From Haloquadratum walsbyi J07HQW1 (GTDB lineage Archaea; Halobacteriota; Halobacteria; Halobacteriales; Haloferacaceae): 40,000 nucleotides of DNA. The position numbers were made by a program, and so were the translations under genes. The notes beneath the pieces are model-generated. The model was not told where the DNA came from. It worked only from the letters and a program-made list of their open reading frames with translations, and made no database searches. Positions 1-9,023 of the stretch are shown piece by piece (position 1 is the first letter of the stretch; the number at the start of each line of letters is the position of its first letter). The DNA lies in the NCBI GenBank assembly GCA_000415965.1, contig KE356560.1, positions 698,895 through 738,894 on the forward strand, read 5' to 3'.

Positions 1-393
1 CTGTGATCGAATTACTTCGAACTCGCTATAACTGGTGTACGCATCATTTTCTTCAAGTTCGCGGAATGCAGCAAGGTAAGCACCAGCCGATTGTGGATTA
101 TCGCTGGATACAGTTACATTTTCATCTGTCTGTGTTATTGGTGTTTGATCAAACGTGTTTTGCGTGACTTCATCTGATTGTTCATCTCCAGACAGCGCTG
201 TTTCTCCTACTGTCTCTACCGGTATCCTCGTTTGGGTCATCGCTGTTCTCGGTTCGGCAGTAGGTGCCGTCTTTACAATATCTGATTGTGTTGTATTGGT
301 GCTCGCTGCCGTTCCAACTCCTGGAACAATCCCGGTAAAGGCAAACGCAATGATAACCAGAATGATCGCATAGTTTCTCCAGCATAGTGTCAT
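1..393 (-). CDS. Partial CDS (N-terminal part; continues past window start): signal-anchored or secreted protein, last visible gene of the tubulin-like cluster
   Basis: Absent from the ORF track because it runs off the window. Manual reverse translation from ATG (revcomp of cat 391-393) gives MTLCWRNYAIILVIIAFAFTGIVPGVGTAASTNTTQSDIVKTAPTAEP...DAYTSYSEFEVIRSQ, 131 codons open to position 1. It has an N-terminal hydrophobic helix followed by a T/Q/D/E-rich region. Same strand, 123 nt downstream of the 1096-aa membrane protein. Confidence 0.5.
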   Translation of the reverse strand, partial: MTLCWRNYAIILVIIAFAFTGIVPGVGTAASTNTTQSDIVKTAPTAEPRTAMTQTRIPVETVGETALSGDEQSDEVTQNTFDQTPITQTDENVTVSSDNPQSAGAYLAAFRELEENDAYTSYSEFEVIRSQ

Positions 394-516
394 GCCCACA
401 CCTCGACGCGTTCATCGAACTCCGATGTCGTCCGCAGTCTCTCCGGTGCACACATACATTGATTCGAATTATAGCGTTGTACGTAATCGAAGTTAATATT
501 CGTTTTTCTGCTCATG

Positions 517-3500
517 CTAGTATACCGTCCGTTCCATTCGTTCTCGTAGGGGGTCGTGTTCAAATAGCTCTCCAACAGCGTTCAGTAATGCCTCTGCAAC
601 AACAACAAACGCTGCTGATTCTACCTGATCAGCCGTATTTTGATCTCGAATCATTGTTGTTACTGATCCAACCATCTCCCGAGCAGGTGCAACCTCGGCG
701 ACCTCACCAACCGCCGATGAAACTGTTTCATCAACCTCTTCAATTTGCTCGTTCACCACACTTCGCTGCTGTCCGATATCCTCACGAGCGAGCGATGTGA
801 TTCGACTGATATCAACAGATCCACGCCATGTAATCGATACCTCAGCCATATTTGAGCATGCTGAGAATAAATCGACATTTCGCTTTGAGGTCATGACTGA
901 TTCGACAGTGTCAGCACTCATCTCGATAGCATCAAGCAACGATTCCGCAACCGCGTCAGGGCGGACATCACCACCAGCCATCAAGAGTTGATACCCACTC
1001 GATGGGAGACGCTCAACTGCACGGAGTGCCTCCATGAGAACACTTGCATAATACAGCGGAATCGCACTGTCACGCCGCTCAATTGATCCTATCTCATCGA
1101 TACGTCGTTCGAGTTGACGCCGACGGTTGCTCAGCCCAGATGGAAGTCGATAATCGAACGAAATTGGTAATTCGATTCGCTCTGTGTCACCATCTGTAAC
1201 TCTAATTTCTCGTTTACTCTCAGTAAACGCCTCATCGTATGCTGAGAGATCTGGTTTGACAGTATATGACCCGATTGGGGCATTCTTGAATACGGCCGAG
1301 CCACTTGCATCTGGGTCAAGGACTGCTTTATCTCCCGTCTCCTCTCGGATAGCTATAATAGGCACAGCCGAGACCGACTCATCACCAATTGTGACTGTCG
1401 CGTGAATTTCCCCGACGAGTTGCCGCATCTGGATAGTGGTCTGTGCTCGTCCGTTCCCAATTGCTATTGTTCGTGTTGTTTTTTCATACCGATTATGATC
1501 AGCTGTTATTTCGATTTCTGATGCCGATAATGGTACTTGTTGTCGCCACTGACCGCGCTGATCTGTCTGTCCACGATATGATTGTTTTTGAGAGTCATCA
1601 ATGACTTCAGCTGTTATGTCAACGCCTGCAATTGGGTTCGGGTCCTGAGAACTTGACTGATCAATCGTCTTCACTGCAACCTGTTGTCCGTCAAATTCGA
1701 GTGTGAGACGACTTTCAGTACTGCCCACAGACGTTTTGACCCGTTTTTGCTGCCCATTGATGATTGCTGTTGCTTGAACACGTCCCTGCCGCATCGAGAG
1801 TGTCTCAGATCCACCAGACACAGAGATTGACTGCGAGTTTGATGCTGTGGAGGATTGGTGCTCGATTGTGACATCGACCTCTCGCTCAATCGGAGTACCT
1901 GTCGCATCACGCAACTGAATCCGTAATGTGCCTGTCTGGTAGGAGGGAGTAGCCATCTGTTCTGCTGGTTCTACTCCAGTTTCAATTGCGAGGTACGTAA
2001 TAACCATACTAGATGTAATAAGCCCATATACAAGCCCATACAATGGATTTCGAATCTCACCCACACCAATGAGTATCGCTGCGAGTGATATTATCAGCAC
2101 AACGAGACAGCCTCCAATGATACTGAGCATTGCAGCACCGATATCATCCTTCGCAATCGATGTTGTCCTGAGTCTACTCCATCCGGCACCAACGACGACA
2201 CTGACCAGCAACGTTGTCAACACCGTCAGGGGTAAAGAACCAACGTTGCGCGCCCACCAACTGAATAGTAAAACAAATACCACCGCGCTCATACCCACAC
2301 CAACATTCGTCGCACGCGGGAGTGACTGCGTTCGACGCACCACGCTCGCCCCACCGAGCACGGCGACCCCGAGAATACCACTCATCATAAGTAATAGCGG
2401 ACTGTCGCCACTGAGAATCGTTGCAGTCAGACCTCCCGAGCTGTCGTTGGGTGATTGACCACCTGAGGTCTGTGATGCTCCTTCGGCATTTGATGCCGAG
2501 GTAATATTCACATTCCAGATTCTTCCGTCACTCCCAACGAGTAGAACGGACCCATTCTCCGGGACTGGATACGCGCTCGCATTGATACCCGATGATACAT
2601 CAGACACTGAATATTGAGTATATGAATCGTTTTGCGCTATCCAAAGTGTTGCTCGTCCAGACGCTACAGATCCGCTATCTGCTGTAATCTGATCTGTGCT
2701 CGTATTCCAGGTTACCGTCTGTCTTTGTGACTGAATATTAATTACGTCGTTCGGGGCTCCTCGTCTGTCATATATGATATTTCTGTCTGATCCATGTTTC
2801 TGCTCAATTGTAACATTGAGTGTGTTTGCGAATCGAACTTGCACAGGGACCGTGAGCGGTTGCGTGTCGGTAACTTCTTGTGTCTGTGTGTATACCCCGT
2901 CTGGATTCCGTGTTTGGACAGTCAATGTATACTCTTTACCAGGTGTAATGAGTGGATGCAATATGCTCTGCTGTTGAGCGCTCTTACTACCGGTGATTTC
3001 CAGACGAGGATTCTGTTCTGTGGTAAGCGTGTATTGTTGCGTTGAACCATCCGGCAGAACACGGATGTTAACATCGCTTGTGAGTGCAACACCGGTGTCA
3101 AGAAACGCTTCAGATGAGATTACAATTGCACGTTCATTTGAACGATACTCGCCGATAATGGTTTGACTAAGACCGTTTTGAGAAATCTGAATCGGGACCT
3201 CTGTTTCTGGAACTCCAATCACTGTCGATGAGGGAAGTTTGATACCATCAGACGTGATCTGTGGGGTATCATCCCCCTTTTCAACGTAACGGAGATCTGC
3301 GTTTGTCGATCCAGTCTTGTTCTGATTTACCACAGTCAATGTAATCTCAGCAGATTTGAGATTGAGATTCCGAGCATCGCCGATATCTCGTACGTTGAAT
3401 GTAATTGGTTGATTTTCAGTGAATGAAGTTGACTTGTTATTAACGACAGTCTGCCCAGCGACCGTGACACTGACTGGCTCTGTCCCATTGATCTCAAATC

Positions 3501-3807
3501 CTGAGGGCGTGATAGTGACCTCTCCGCTGTTATTATTTACACTCACATCAATCGAGGCAGCCGAGGCAGTTCCGACCCCATTAAAACCAACTCCGCCAAC
3601 AGCAAACACACACACAGCAACAATAACTAAAATGCAGACCCGGCGAGCAATCATCCATACTTGAATATCAGTATCATCCTCACGCTGTCTCGGGGGACCC
3701 GTCTGCATCTGCTGACCTGATTGTGATTGTGACTGTGGGCATGCTTGAGACGTTTCAGACGATTCGATTGATGCGTGTGGTTGTGTGTGTGAATGCGATG
3801 TATTCAT
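517..3807 (-). CDS. Giant polytopic membrane protein (about 1096 aa): cytoplasmic H/Q/S-rich tail, TM1, ~450-aa beta-rich exodomain, five more TM helices, ~500-aa predicted cytoplasmic region with a beta-sandwich repeat and an acidic helical C-terminus
   Basis: ORF track 517..3936. I prefer the internal ATG at 3805-3807 (MNTSHSH...), 4 nt after the stop of the upstream tubulin-like gene, over the 125-nt overlapping extension. Hydrophobic segments: WMIARRVCILVIVAVCVFAVGGVGF, SPLLLMMSGILGVAVLGGASVV, VGMSAVVFVLLFSWWA, LPLTVLTTLLVSVVVGAGW, IGAAMLSIIGGCLVVLIISLAAILIGVG, LYGLVYGLITSSMVITYLAI. Many N-x-S/T sequons lie between TM1 and TM2 (NNS, NGT, NKS, NKT, NVT, NTS, NDS, NAS, NGS, NIT). The motif AVFKNAPIGSYTVKP resembles carboxypeptidase-regulatory-like (prealbumin-fold) domains. 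Confidence 0.75.
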   Translation of the reverse strand: MNTSHSHTQPHASIESSETSQACPQSQSQSGQQMQTGPPRQREDDTDIQVWMIARRVCILVIVAVCVFAVGGVGFNGVGTASAASIDVSVNNNSGEVTITPSGFEINGTEPVSVTVAGQTVVNNKSTSFTENQPITFNVRDIGDARNLNLKSAEITLTVVNQNKTGSTNADLRYVEKGDDTPQITSDGIKLPSSTVIGVPETEVPIQISQNGLSQTIIGEYRSNERAIVISSEAFLDTGVALTSDVNIRVLPDGSTQQYTLTTEQNPRLEITGSKSAQQQSILHPLITPGKEYTLTVQTRNPDGVYTQTQEVTDTQPLTVPVQVRFANTLNVTIEQKHGSDRNIIYDRRGAPNDVINIQSQRQTVTWNTSTDQITADSGSVASGRATLWIAQNDSYTQYSVSDVSSGINASAYPVPENGSVLLVGSDGRIWNVNITSASNAEGASQTSGGQSPNDSSGGLTATILSGDSPLLLMMSGILGVAVLGGASVVRRTQSLPRATNVGVGMSAVVFVLLFSWWARNVGSLPLTVLTTLLVSVVVGAGWSRLRTTSIAKDDIGAAMLSIIGGCLVVLIISLAAILIGVGEIRNPLYGLVYGLITSSMVITYLAIETGVEPAEQMATPSYQTGTLRIQLRDATGTPIEREVDVTIEHQSSTASNSQSISVSGGSETLSMRQGRVQATAIINGQQKRVKTSVGSTESRLTLEFDGQQVAVKTIDQSSSQDPNPIAGVDITAEVIDDSQKQSYRGQTDQRGQWRQQVPLSASEIEITADHNRYEKTTRTIAIGNGRAQTTIQMRQLVGEIHATVTIGDESVSAVPIIAIREETGDKAVLDPDASGSAVFKNAPIGSYTVKPDLSAYDEAFTESKREIRVTDGDTERIELPISFDYRLPSGLSNRRRQLERRIDEIGSIERRDSAIPLYYASVLMEALRAVERLPSSGYQLLMAGGDVRPDAVAESLLDAIEMSADTVESVMTSKRNVDLFSACSNMAEVSITWRGSVDISRITSLAREDIGQQRSVVNEQIEEVDETVSSAVGEVAEVAPAREMVGSVTTMIRDQNTADQVESAAFVVVAEALLNAVGELFEHDPLRERMERTVY

Positions 3808-3811
3808 AAAC

Positions 3812-5044
3812 TCACCCAGAATTATCTGAAAGATAATCCTCAAGATTCTGTTTGATCTGTCGGAATCGCCGCGGCGGAAACGTCTCTCCTTCGAGACTAT
3901 CGACCCCACTTGAGAGACCGCTGTCTGTCGCCTCATCCATCATTCGTTCGAATTTTGACCATGAGACATCCAATAGCGGATCAAGGTCGAATCCACCGAA
4001 TAATAACAGTACATCGATGCTATCTCGACGAGATTGATGTGGCGTGAGCGTCGGCATCTGATGAACAACATTATCCATTCCATTGTTTGCAAGCCACTGT
4101 TGGAGGCGTCGCTCAAGACCAGCCTCTGAGTACTCACCATCATCGATTGCGTGTTGTGGGACCCGAACAATCGCGTACACGACTTTTGCGGTAGCCGGGT
4201 CCATCGGCACGAAGAGGTTATCTGCAGCTTTGTCAAAAAGCAATTCTAATTCAAATATCGATGGTTGCTCCATTGCAGTCCCGGCGGTAAAGTGGTACTC
4301 ATCGAGACGCCGTGGCCACGCAATGAGATCTCGAACGTCGACCACGCTGTATGTCTCTCGACCAGCACTAATCATCATATCAACTGCTTCAATCGCATTC
4401 CTGTTAACTGTCTCATGACGACTTTCATGATCCTCCCCGAGCTCGTCATCATTTGAGACATGTGAATTTGAGATTAATAATACCATCTCGGCGTTTTGAC
4501 TTCCATCATACCACCGAAGTAATCGCGAAAGTCCAGAAACAGCATTGAAATGACGCTGCCCTCCCTCAAAATTATATGGCCATGCGGCGAGGGCAACATG
4601 CGTGACATCGCGCATCGCGTTTGTCGGTGGATTGTTCTTCAACGTATCGATAACATATGGCACCGAACCATTCCCTGTTCCACCACCAAGAGTGGTCATA
4701 TAGAGAAATGCATCCGCTTCATCGACTCCACCAGTGGTAATTGCCTCTGTGATTCGCGTCTCATCAACCGCAGCACACTGCTCACCACCAGGGAAGTAAT
4801 TTCCAACACCATCAAGCGGACCGAACTCAAGTGTGTGATCGGCTCTGATGTCTTGAATATCAATTGTATTCTGTTCAATACGATCAATCGTGTTTGCAAT
4901 GTCTGCGCGATTCGTGTTCATGACTAAGACCCGGTCATCGATTCCGGGATTCTCAGTGCGACTGAACAGTGTCGATGCCATCCGGCCACCACCCTCGCCC
5001 GATGCGAGAACGGCCCAGCGCGTGTATGTGTCTGATTGCGACAT
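3812..5044 (-). CDS. Divergent tubulin/FtsZ/CetZ-superfamily GTPase (paralog 3, 410 aa)
   Basis: T4 tubulin signature MTTLGGGTGNGSVPYVIDTL. N-terminal glycine loop WAVLASGEGGGRMASTLF at the T1 position. By eye the following are collinear with CetZ/tubulin blocks: MNTNRADI (compare CetZ VNSAKADL), ALAAWPYNFEGG (compare ILPGSDEGG) and VLLISNSHV at the T7 position. The protein is acidic. A 483-nt AT-rich spacer lies upstream. Confidence 0.75.
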   Translation of the reverse strand: MSQSDTYTRWAVLASGEGGGRMASTLFSRTENPGIDDRVLVMNTNRADIANTIDRIEQNTIDIQDIRADHTLEFGPLDGVGNYFPGGEQCAAVDETRITEAITTGGVDEADAFLYMTTLGGGTGNGSVPYVIDTLKNNPPTNAMRDVTHVALAAWPYNFEGGQRHFNAVSGLSRLLRWYDGSQNAEMVLLISNSHVSNDDELGEDHESRHETVNRNAIEAVDMMISAGRETYSVVDVRDLIAWPRRLDEYHFTAGTAMEQPSIFELELLFDKAADNLFVPMDPATAKVVYAIVRVPQHAIDDGEYSEAGLERRLQQWLANNGMDNVVHQMPTLTPHQSRRDSIDVLLLFGGFDLDPLLDVSWSKFERMMDEATDSGLSSGVDSLEGETFPPRRFRQIKQNLEDYLSDNSG

Positions 5045-5527
5045 ATATGTCGGTATACGTCCAGTGTGTAGTTGCGTTTGTATGTGTGCTCAGTATCAAC
5101 TGTGATTGTGTATTGGTCCTGATCTTGATCTTAGTATTAATTTGATTACGTGTCTGATTCTGTCTGTGTTTTTACTGCAAATGGATATCATAAAATGTGG
5201 TTCAATATCTCACGTGGCATTCGATTATGTGAATATATCAATACCTGGTATGGCTTTTTGAAGTAATCTGATGGGACCGTCGTCTGGATTGACACCGTGT
5301 CGACTGATTCCCTCATAACTGCCATTTATGTGTCCGATGATGAATTGATCTTGAATGGGATTCGCTATCATGTCTATTGATAACTGGTATCATATATGGT
5401 TAGTTCAAGTCAGTATTCACTCATTGGTACATATAGTTACATGTGAAGGTGCATATGTAAATGTAGTTGTAATAGTTGGAATCATAGACGTGTCTTGATA
5501 CAATTTTCAACGATATTCATCACATAC

Positions 5528-7624
5528 TCATGATTCGTTTTTTTGTAGTTCCCCGTCACTGATTATACCATTCTCAATATCTGTGTTGACAACTGACTGT
5601 ATCTCATTATTTGGGACTGGGGCTGAGAGAAATCGCTCTCTTAATTCATCAAGCGAAATCGTCTCACTCTCGTCAAGATTATATCTAAGCACGTTTGTTA
5701 ACTCCTGTTGTAGACGGTCACTATCATACACGATGATTGTGCCATCAGAGTTTTCGGTTGCAGTGTTGTCAGTGCGCTCAGCCCACAACACGAGCAAACA
5801 CGGAACGTATGATTCATCAATCTGATATGACATCTCCGAGCTCAGGTATGTCGCTTCATCAAACCGCGTAGAAAATCGCGATGCAAGATCATCAAGATAC
5901 GCTGAGGCTTCCTCAGCTATCCCATCACAAACCCGATCTCGGAGGGTTATTGATGGAATTGATAGCGATACGTCAGTATCACCACTCACGGAAATTTCCG
6001 TCTCAGCTGACCCAAAGCCATCAACAGCAGCCACTGCTGTGACTGTATATTCGCCGAATGGGACGTCGTTGAATGTCGCTGTTCCAACGAGTGGTGTCTC
6101 AACGGTCGTTTCGTCGTCATAGTCCGCACCGTTCAAGACAATGCGAATTTGACGGTCAGGACCACCATGTTCGAATCGGGCAGCCACCGTCACGGTGTAT
6201 GTTTCAGTCCCGCCGACTCGTTTGAGACTTGGCACATCCATATTTAATGTTACTTGATCAGGATGTGACCGATAATACAAGCCTAAAAACTGAGTTTCAT
6301 GATTCCGGACAGGCAGTGCGTCGCCTGTGATCTGTCCATCACTCTGGAGCGCCGATTCAATCACCGGCTCGACCTGGTCATATCCACTGATGACAGCGAC
6401 TTTCGGCTTGACCTCATCAATCGCAGCCGTCAGTGCATCGACCGCAGTAGCCCATCGCTGTTCAAACATTCGAAGATTATCACTCTCCTGTACTTGCTTA
6501 AGATAATCCGTCTCAATCGCTCCAGGTTGTGTGTAGAACCCGTTTGGGATATCCGCAGTGGCAAGCTCTTCATCCATTGAATTGAGCTTTGTCATCAATG
6601 CGTCAATTATCTCAGTGCACTGTGCTCGTGTTTTCTTTCGATGCATCGCAAGTGTTGAAAGATCGACAGCATCATCCAGTTCAGCGACTGCTTGTTTCCG
6701 TTGAGTGACATCCGGTGTTGAGTCAGGGAGATACTGCTCAATATCGTATTCATCAACTGTCTGTAAAAGCGACTGGAGTTGCTCTCGATTCGTTCTGAAC
6801 GTGTTTTCACCTTCGGTTTTAATCGCATCACGTGCACGAAGGAGTGCAGTCACCGCATTAGTCATCTGGTGATTGCTGGCTGCTTCCCGTGCTGTCTCAA
6901 CCTCTTTTTCGATCGTTGTTATTTCGACATCATCAGTCGTTCGTGCAATAGACTGGATTGTCTCTGCAGCTGTATCGATTGTCTCTATTGCTTGTCCTCG
7001 GGCAGCTTCGAGTGATTCGCCCGCTGCAGTGGTCTCTGCACCTGCGTTGGTTGTTGTGACATTAATCGCACGCACAGCCTCCCCACCATCCTCGACGAGT
7101 GTATCTAGTCGATCAAGTGAATCAGCGATTGTCTCGAGACGGTCTTCAACAGTCTTGGCGAACGCCGCTGGTAGTTCATCCGCGGTATCATCAACTCGTC
7201 CTGACAATGAGTTAATTGTCTCAAGATCTGAAACATCTCCAAGTGAAAATGCACCAGTCTCAGTGTCGACATTGATTCCCGCTGTTTGAAGATCACGCTG
7301 CAGTGAGTCAATTCCAAGTCCGAGCCCATTATCAATGACAGTTGGATATGTCTGCTTCAACTGCTGGCGCGTCTGCCAGATATCATTGAACGTCTCACCA
7401 ACTTCTCGCGCACGCCGTCGAGTATATTTTGTTTGGTCTGTTCCTTTTGAATCGACCCGTTGTTGAATCCAGACGCCACCGCTGATGAGCAACAATGGTA
7501 CCATCCCAACTGCTGCATACACTGCCCATTGTGACCCAACAGCAACGAAAACGCCTGCACTCACCGCCCCAGCGAACACAACGAGTCCAATAAGTCCAGC
7601 CGCTGTCCGAGTTGCTGATTTCAT
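5528..7624 (-). CDS. Membrane-anchored acidic alpha-helical protein with C-terminal beta-sandwich domain (about 698 aa)
   Basis: ORF track 5528..7720. The preferred start is ATG 7622-7624 (MKSATRTAAGLIG...), which forms an ATGA overlap with the upstream stop (7621-7623). Two N-terminal TM helices (AAGLIGLVVFAGAVSAGVFVAVG, WAVYAAVGMVPLLLISGGVWI) are followed by a basic stretch KYTRRRAREV (positive-inside). A ~430-aa T/A/E/D-rich helical region follows, then TYTVTVAARF...ATFNDVPFGEYTVTAVAAVDGFG (CarboxypepD_reg-like motif) and a C-terminal domain. Confidence 0.7.
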   Translation of the reverse strand: MKSATRTAAGLIGLVVFAGAVSAGVFVAVGSQWAVYAAVGMVPLLLISGGVWIQQRVDSKGTDQTKYTRRRAREVGETFNDIWQTRQQLKQTYPTVIDNGLGLGIDSLQRDLQTAGINVDTETGAFSLGDVSDLETINSLSGRVDDTADELPAAFAKTVEDRLETIADSLDRLDTLVEDGGEAVRAINVTTTNAGAETTAAGESLEAARGQAIETIDTAAETIQSIARTTDDVEITTIEKEVETAREAASNHQMTNAVTALLRARDAIKTEGENTFRTNREQLQSLLQTVDEYDIEQYLPDSTPDVTQRKQAVAELDDAVDLSTLAMHRKKTRAQCTEIIDALMTKLNSMDEELATADIPNGFYTQPGAIETDYLKQVQESDNLRMFEQRWATAVDALTAAIDEVKPKVAVISGYDQVEPVIESALQSDGQITGDALPVRNHETQFLGLYYRSHPDQVTLNMDVPSLKRVGGTETYTVTVAARFEHGGPDRQIRIVLNGADYDDETTVETPLVGTATFNDVPFGEYTVTAVAAVDGFGSAETEISVSGDTDVSLSIPSITLRDRVCDGIAEEASAYLDDLASRFSTRFDEATYLSSEMSYQIDESYVPCLLVLWAERTDNTATENSDGTIIVYDSDRLQQELTNVLRYNLDESETISLDELRERFLSAPVPNNEIQSVVNTDIENGIISDGELQKNES

Positions 7625-8754
7625 AAAATCACCCCTATTGTTCCACTGAGGACGGCGATAATAATACCGACGAGAACCAACGCGCCGCCGCCGACAAGTT
7701 GAACGAAAATTGAAGACCACTCCAATTGCCGACCAAAGTCGGCAAAGTCTCTGGCTTTTCGTCCGAGTATATGCGTTCGATATCCAGCAATGACAGCTCC
7801 GAGTGCAATCCCTGGAACGGCGCCAATTGCAAGATCAGTTAAAACGCTGATTTGCGCACGCTGCTCAACAGCTGCAAGCTTTGTTGCGTACTGTTTCATA
7901 CTTTTGTTCACCTCCTGTGATCGCTTATGTTGTTCTGTTGTGATATTCTCAAGTGCTGTTAAATGTGCGTTTGACCCATTGCGCGCACGAGTGAATAGTT
8001 GACTGCGAAGTGTCGTCGTAGCTGCGCGGGCAGCCGCCCGTTCACGTCTCAGTGTGTTGAGCGTCTGGTTGGCTTCTCGAAGTCTGCTTACAGTAATAGT
8101 CATGTTAACACGTTGCCCATCGGCTGTGAGTTCCTCAGCAGTCGCATTAAGTGACCCAAGTGACTCTGTTATCGATTCTGTGGCGTTACGGTAGTCTTGC
8201 TCATTTTGCCGGTATGTAGTGTCATTCAGAAATACAAGTGGCTCCTGAGCTAACTCTGATTTGACAGTCCCCTCACGCTGTGTCCGTATTCGCACTGTGT
8301 TTTCAACAGGCGCGCTCACAGTGGTTTCATTAAGTGTCACCACTGCACTATTGGAGGCGACTGTCGCTTGATATGTTCGCCCGTTGGCACTCGGTGAGAT
8401 TCCAACCAGATTTTTTGTATTGATTTCCCACACTGTTTCTCCGCCTGGCTGAGGTCGCTCCGCACCGTTTGCTGTACAGTATCCAATATACAATTCAGTT
8501 CCTGGATACACCAGCGTGTTGGTCTCATACTCTTGATTATTCAGAAAGACAACAACTGTGTTATCATCCTTCTCATTACACGCATTCTCGACGGTATCCT
8601 CAGTAGGTTGAACAGCAGCAACTCCGCCGGTCGCCACCGTGAGCACTCCCCCGATAACAATGGTAGATATCAAACATGCGAGAGCTCCATACCACAGCCA
8701 CTGTCGCAACGGGATCACTGAGTTACTCTCTGGTAACCAGTCTGTGTTCCTCAT
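7621..8754 (-). CDS. Three-TM membrane protein with sequon-rich extracellular beta plus coiled-coil domain (377 aa)
   Basis: N-terminal TM helix LWYGALACLISTIVIGGVLTVATGGVAAV. The ~270-aa exodomain has many N-x-S/T sequons (NET, NDT, NAT, NMT, NQT, NGS, NIT, NKS) and a helical stretch LREANQTLNTLRRERAAARAATTTLRSQLF. Two C-terminal TM helices (ISVLTDLAIGAVPGIALGAVIAGY and IFVQLVGGGALVLVGIIIAVLSGTIGVIL). ATGA overlaps at both ends (8751-8754 and 7621-7624). Confidence 0.7.
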   Translation of the reverse strand: MRNTDWLPESNSVIPLRQWLWYGALACLISTIVIGGVLTVATGGVAAVQPTEDTVENACNEKDDNTVVVFLNNQEYETNTLVYPGTELYIGYCTANGAERPQPGGETVWEINTKNLVGISPSANGRTYQATVASNSAVVTLNETTVSAPVENTVRIRTQREGTVKSELAQEPLVFLNDTTYRQNEQDYRNATESITESLGSLNATAEELTADGQRVNMTITVSRLREANQTLNTLRRERAAARAATTTLRSQLFTRARNGSNAHLTALENITTEQHKRSQEVNKSMKQYATKLAAVEQRAQISVLTDLAIGAVPGIALGAVIAGYRTHILGRKARDFADFGRQLEWSSIFVQLVGGGALVLVGIIIAVLSGTIGVIL

Positions 8755-9023
8755 AGTTGATTATCCCAGTACAGAAACACACCGATACTTCCAAGAATGC
8801 TTCCGATGCCCGCTCCAAAGAATATACCAGCCCCAATGTGCGATAATGACCGTTGGCTCGTCTTCACCGCTGTAATCACTGACTCTGTTCGCGCTTGCAA
8901 GGTTGATACACTCGGTGGTGTTGCACCAGCAACGGGATCTGGTGTAAGAGAAATCATCACCACTATACAAGCAATCATACCGATGCAGGTGATTATTCCA
9001 GCAACAATTGGATTACCTCTCAT
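8751..9023 (-). CDS. Small membrane protein (90 aa, 2-3 TM)
   Basis: MRGNPIVAGIITCIGMIACIVVMISL ... GAGIFFGAGIGSILGSIGVFLYW. The start ATG (9021-9023) shares one base with the TGA (9023-9025) of the upstream tubulin-like gene, and the stop overlaps the next start (ATGA). This coupling is the main argument over the competing 69-aa ORF in another frame. Confidence 0.55.
   Translation of the reverse strand: MRGNPIVAGIITCIGMIACIVVMISLTPDPVAGATPPSVSTLQARTESVITAVKTSQRSLSHIGAGIFFGAGIGSILGSIGVFLYWDNQL

Noticed and set aside
155-451. ORF-track entries 155..373 (+) and 182..451 (-)
   Set aside because: Both have odd, non-acidic, Cys/Arg-rich compositions. A different minus-strand frame (1..393) is open across the whole segment and encodes a plausible signal-anchored, T/Q/D/E-rich protein in line with the cluster.
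3808-3936. N-terminal extension of the 1139-aa ORF (MRRQTAVSQVGS...), and the analogous extension 7625..7720 of the 730-aa ORF
   Set aside because: The extensions overlap the upstream genes by about 100-125 nt and are Arg-rich and non-acidic. Internal ATGs give a 4-nt gap and an ATGA overlap respectively, and are immediately followed by sensible N-terminal regions.
5045-5527. AT-rich spacer examined for small ORFs, tRNA, repeats or origin features
   Set aside because: No ORF of 60 aa or more, no convincing cloverleaf, and no direct or inverted repeats beyond chance could be seen. It is kept only as a low-interest regulatory candidate.
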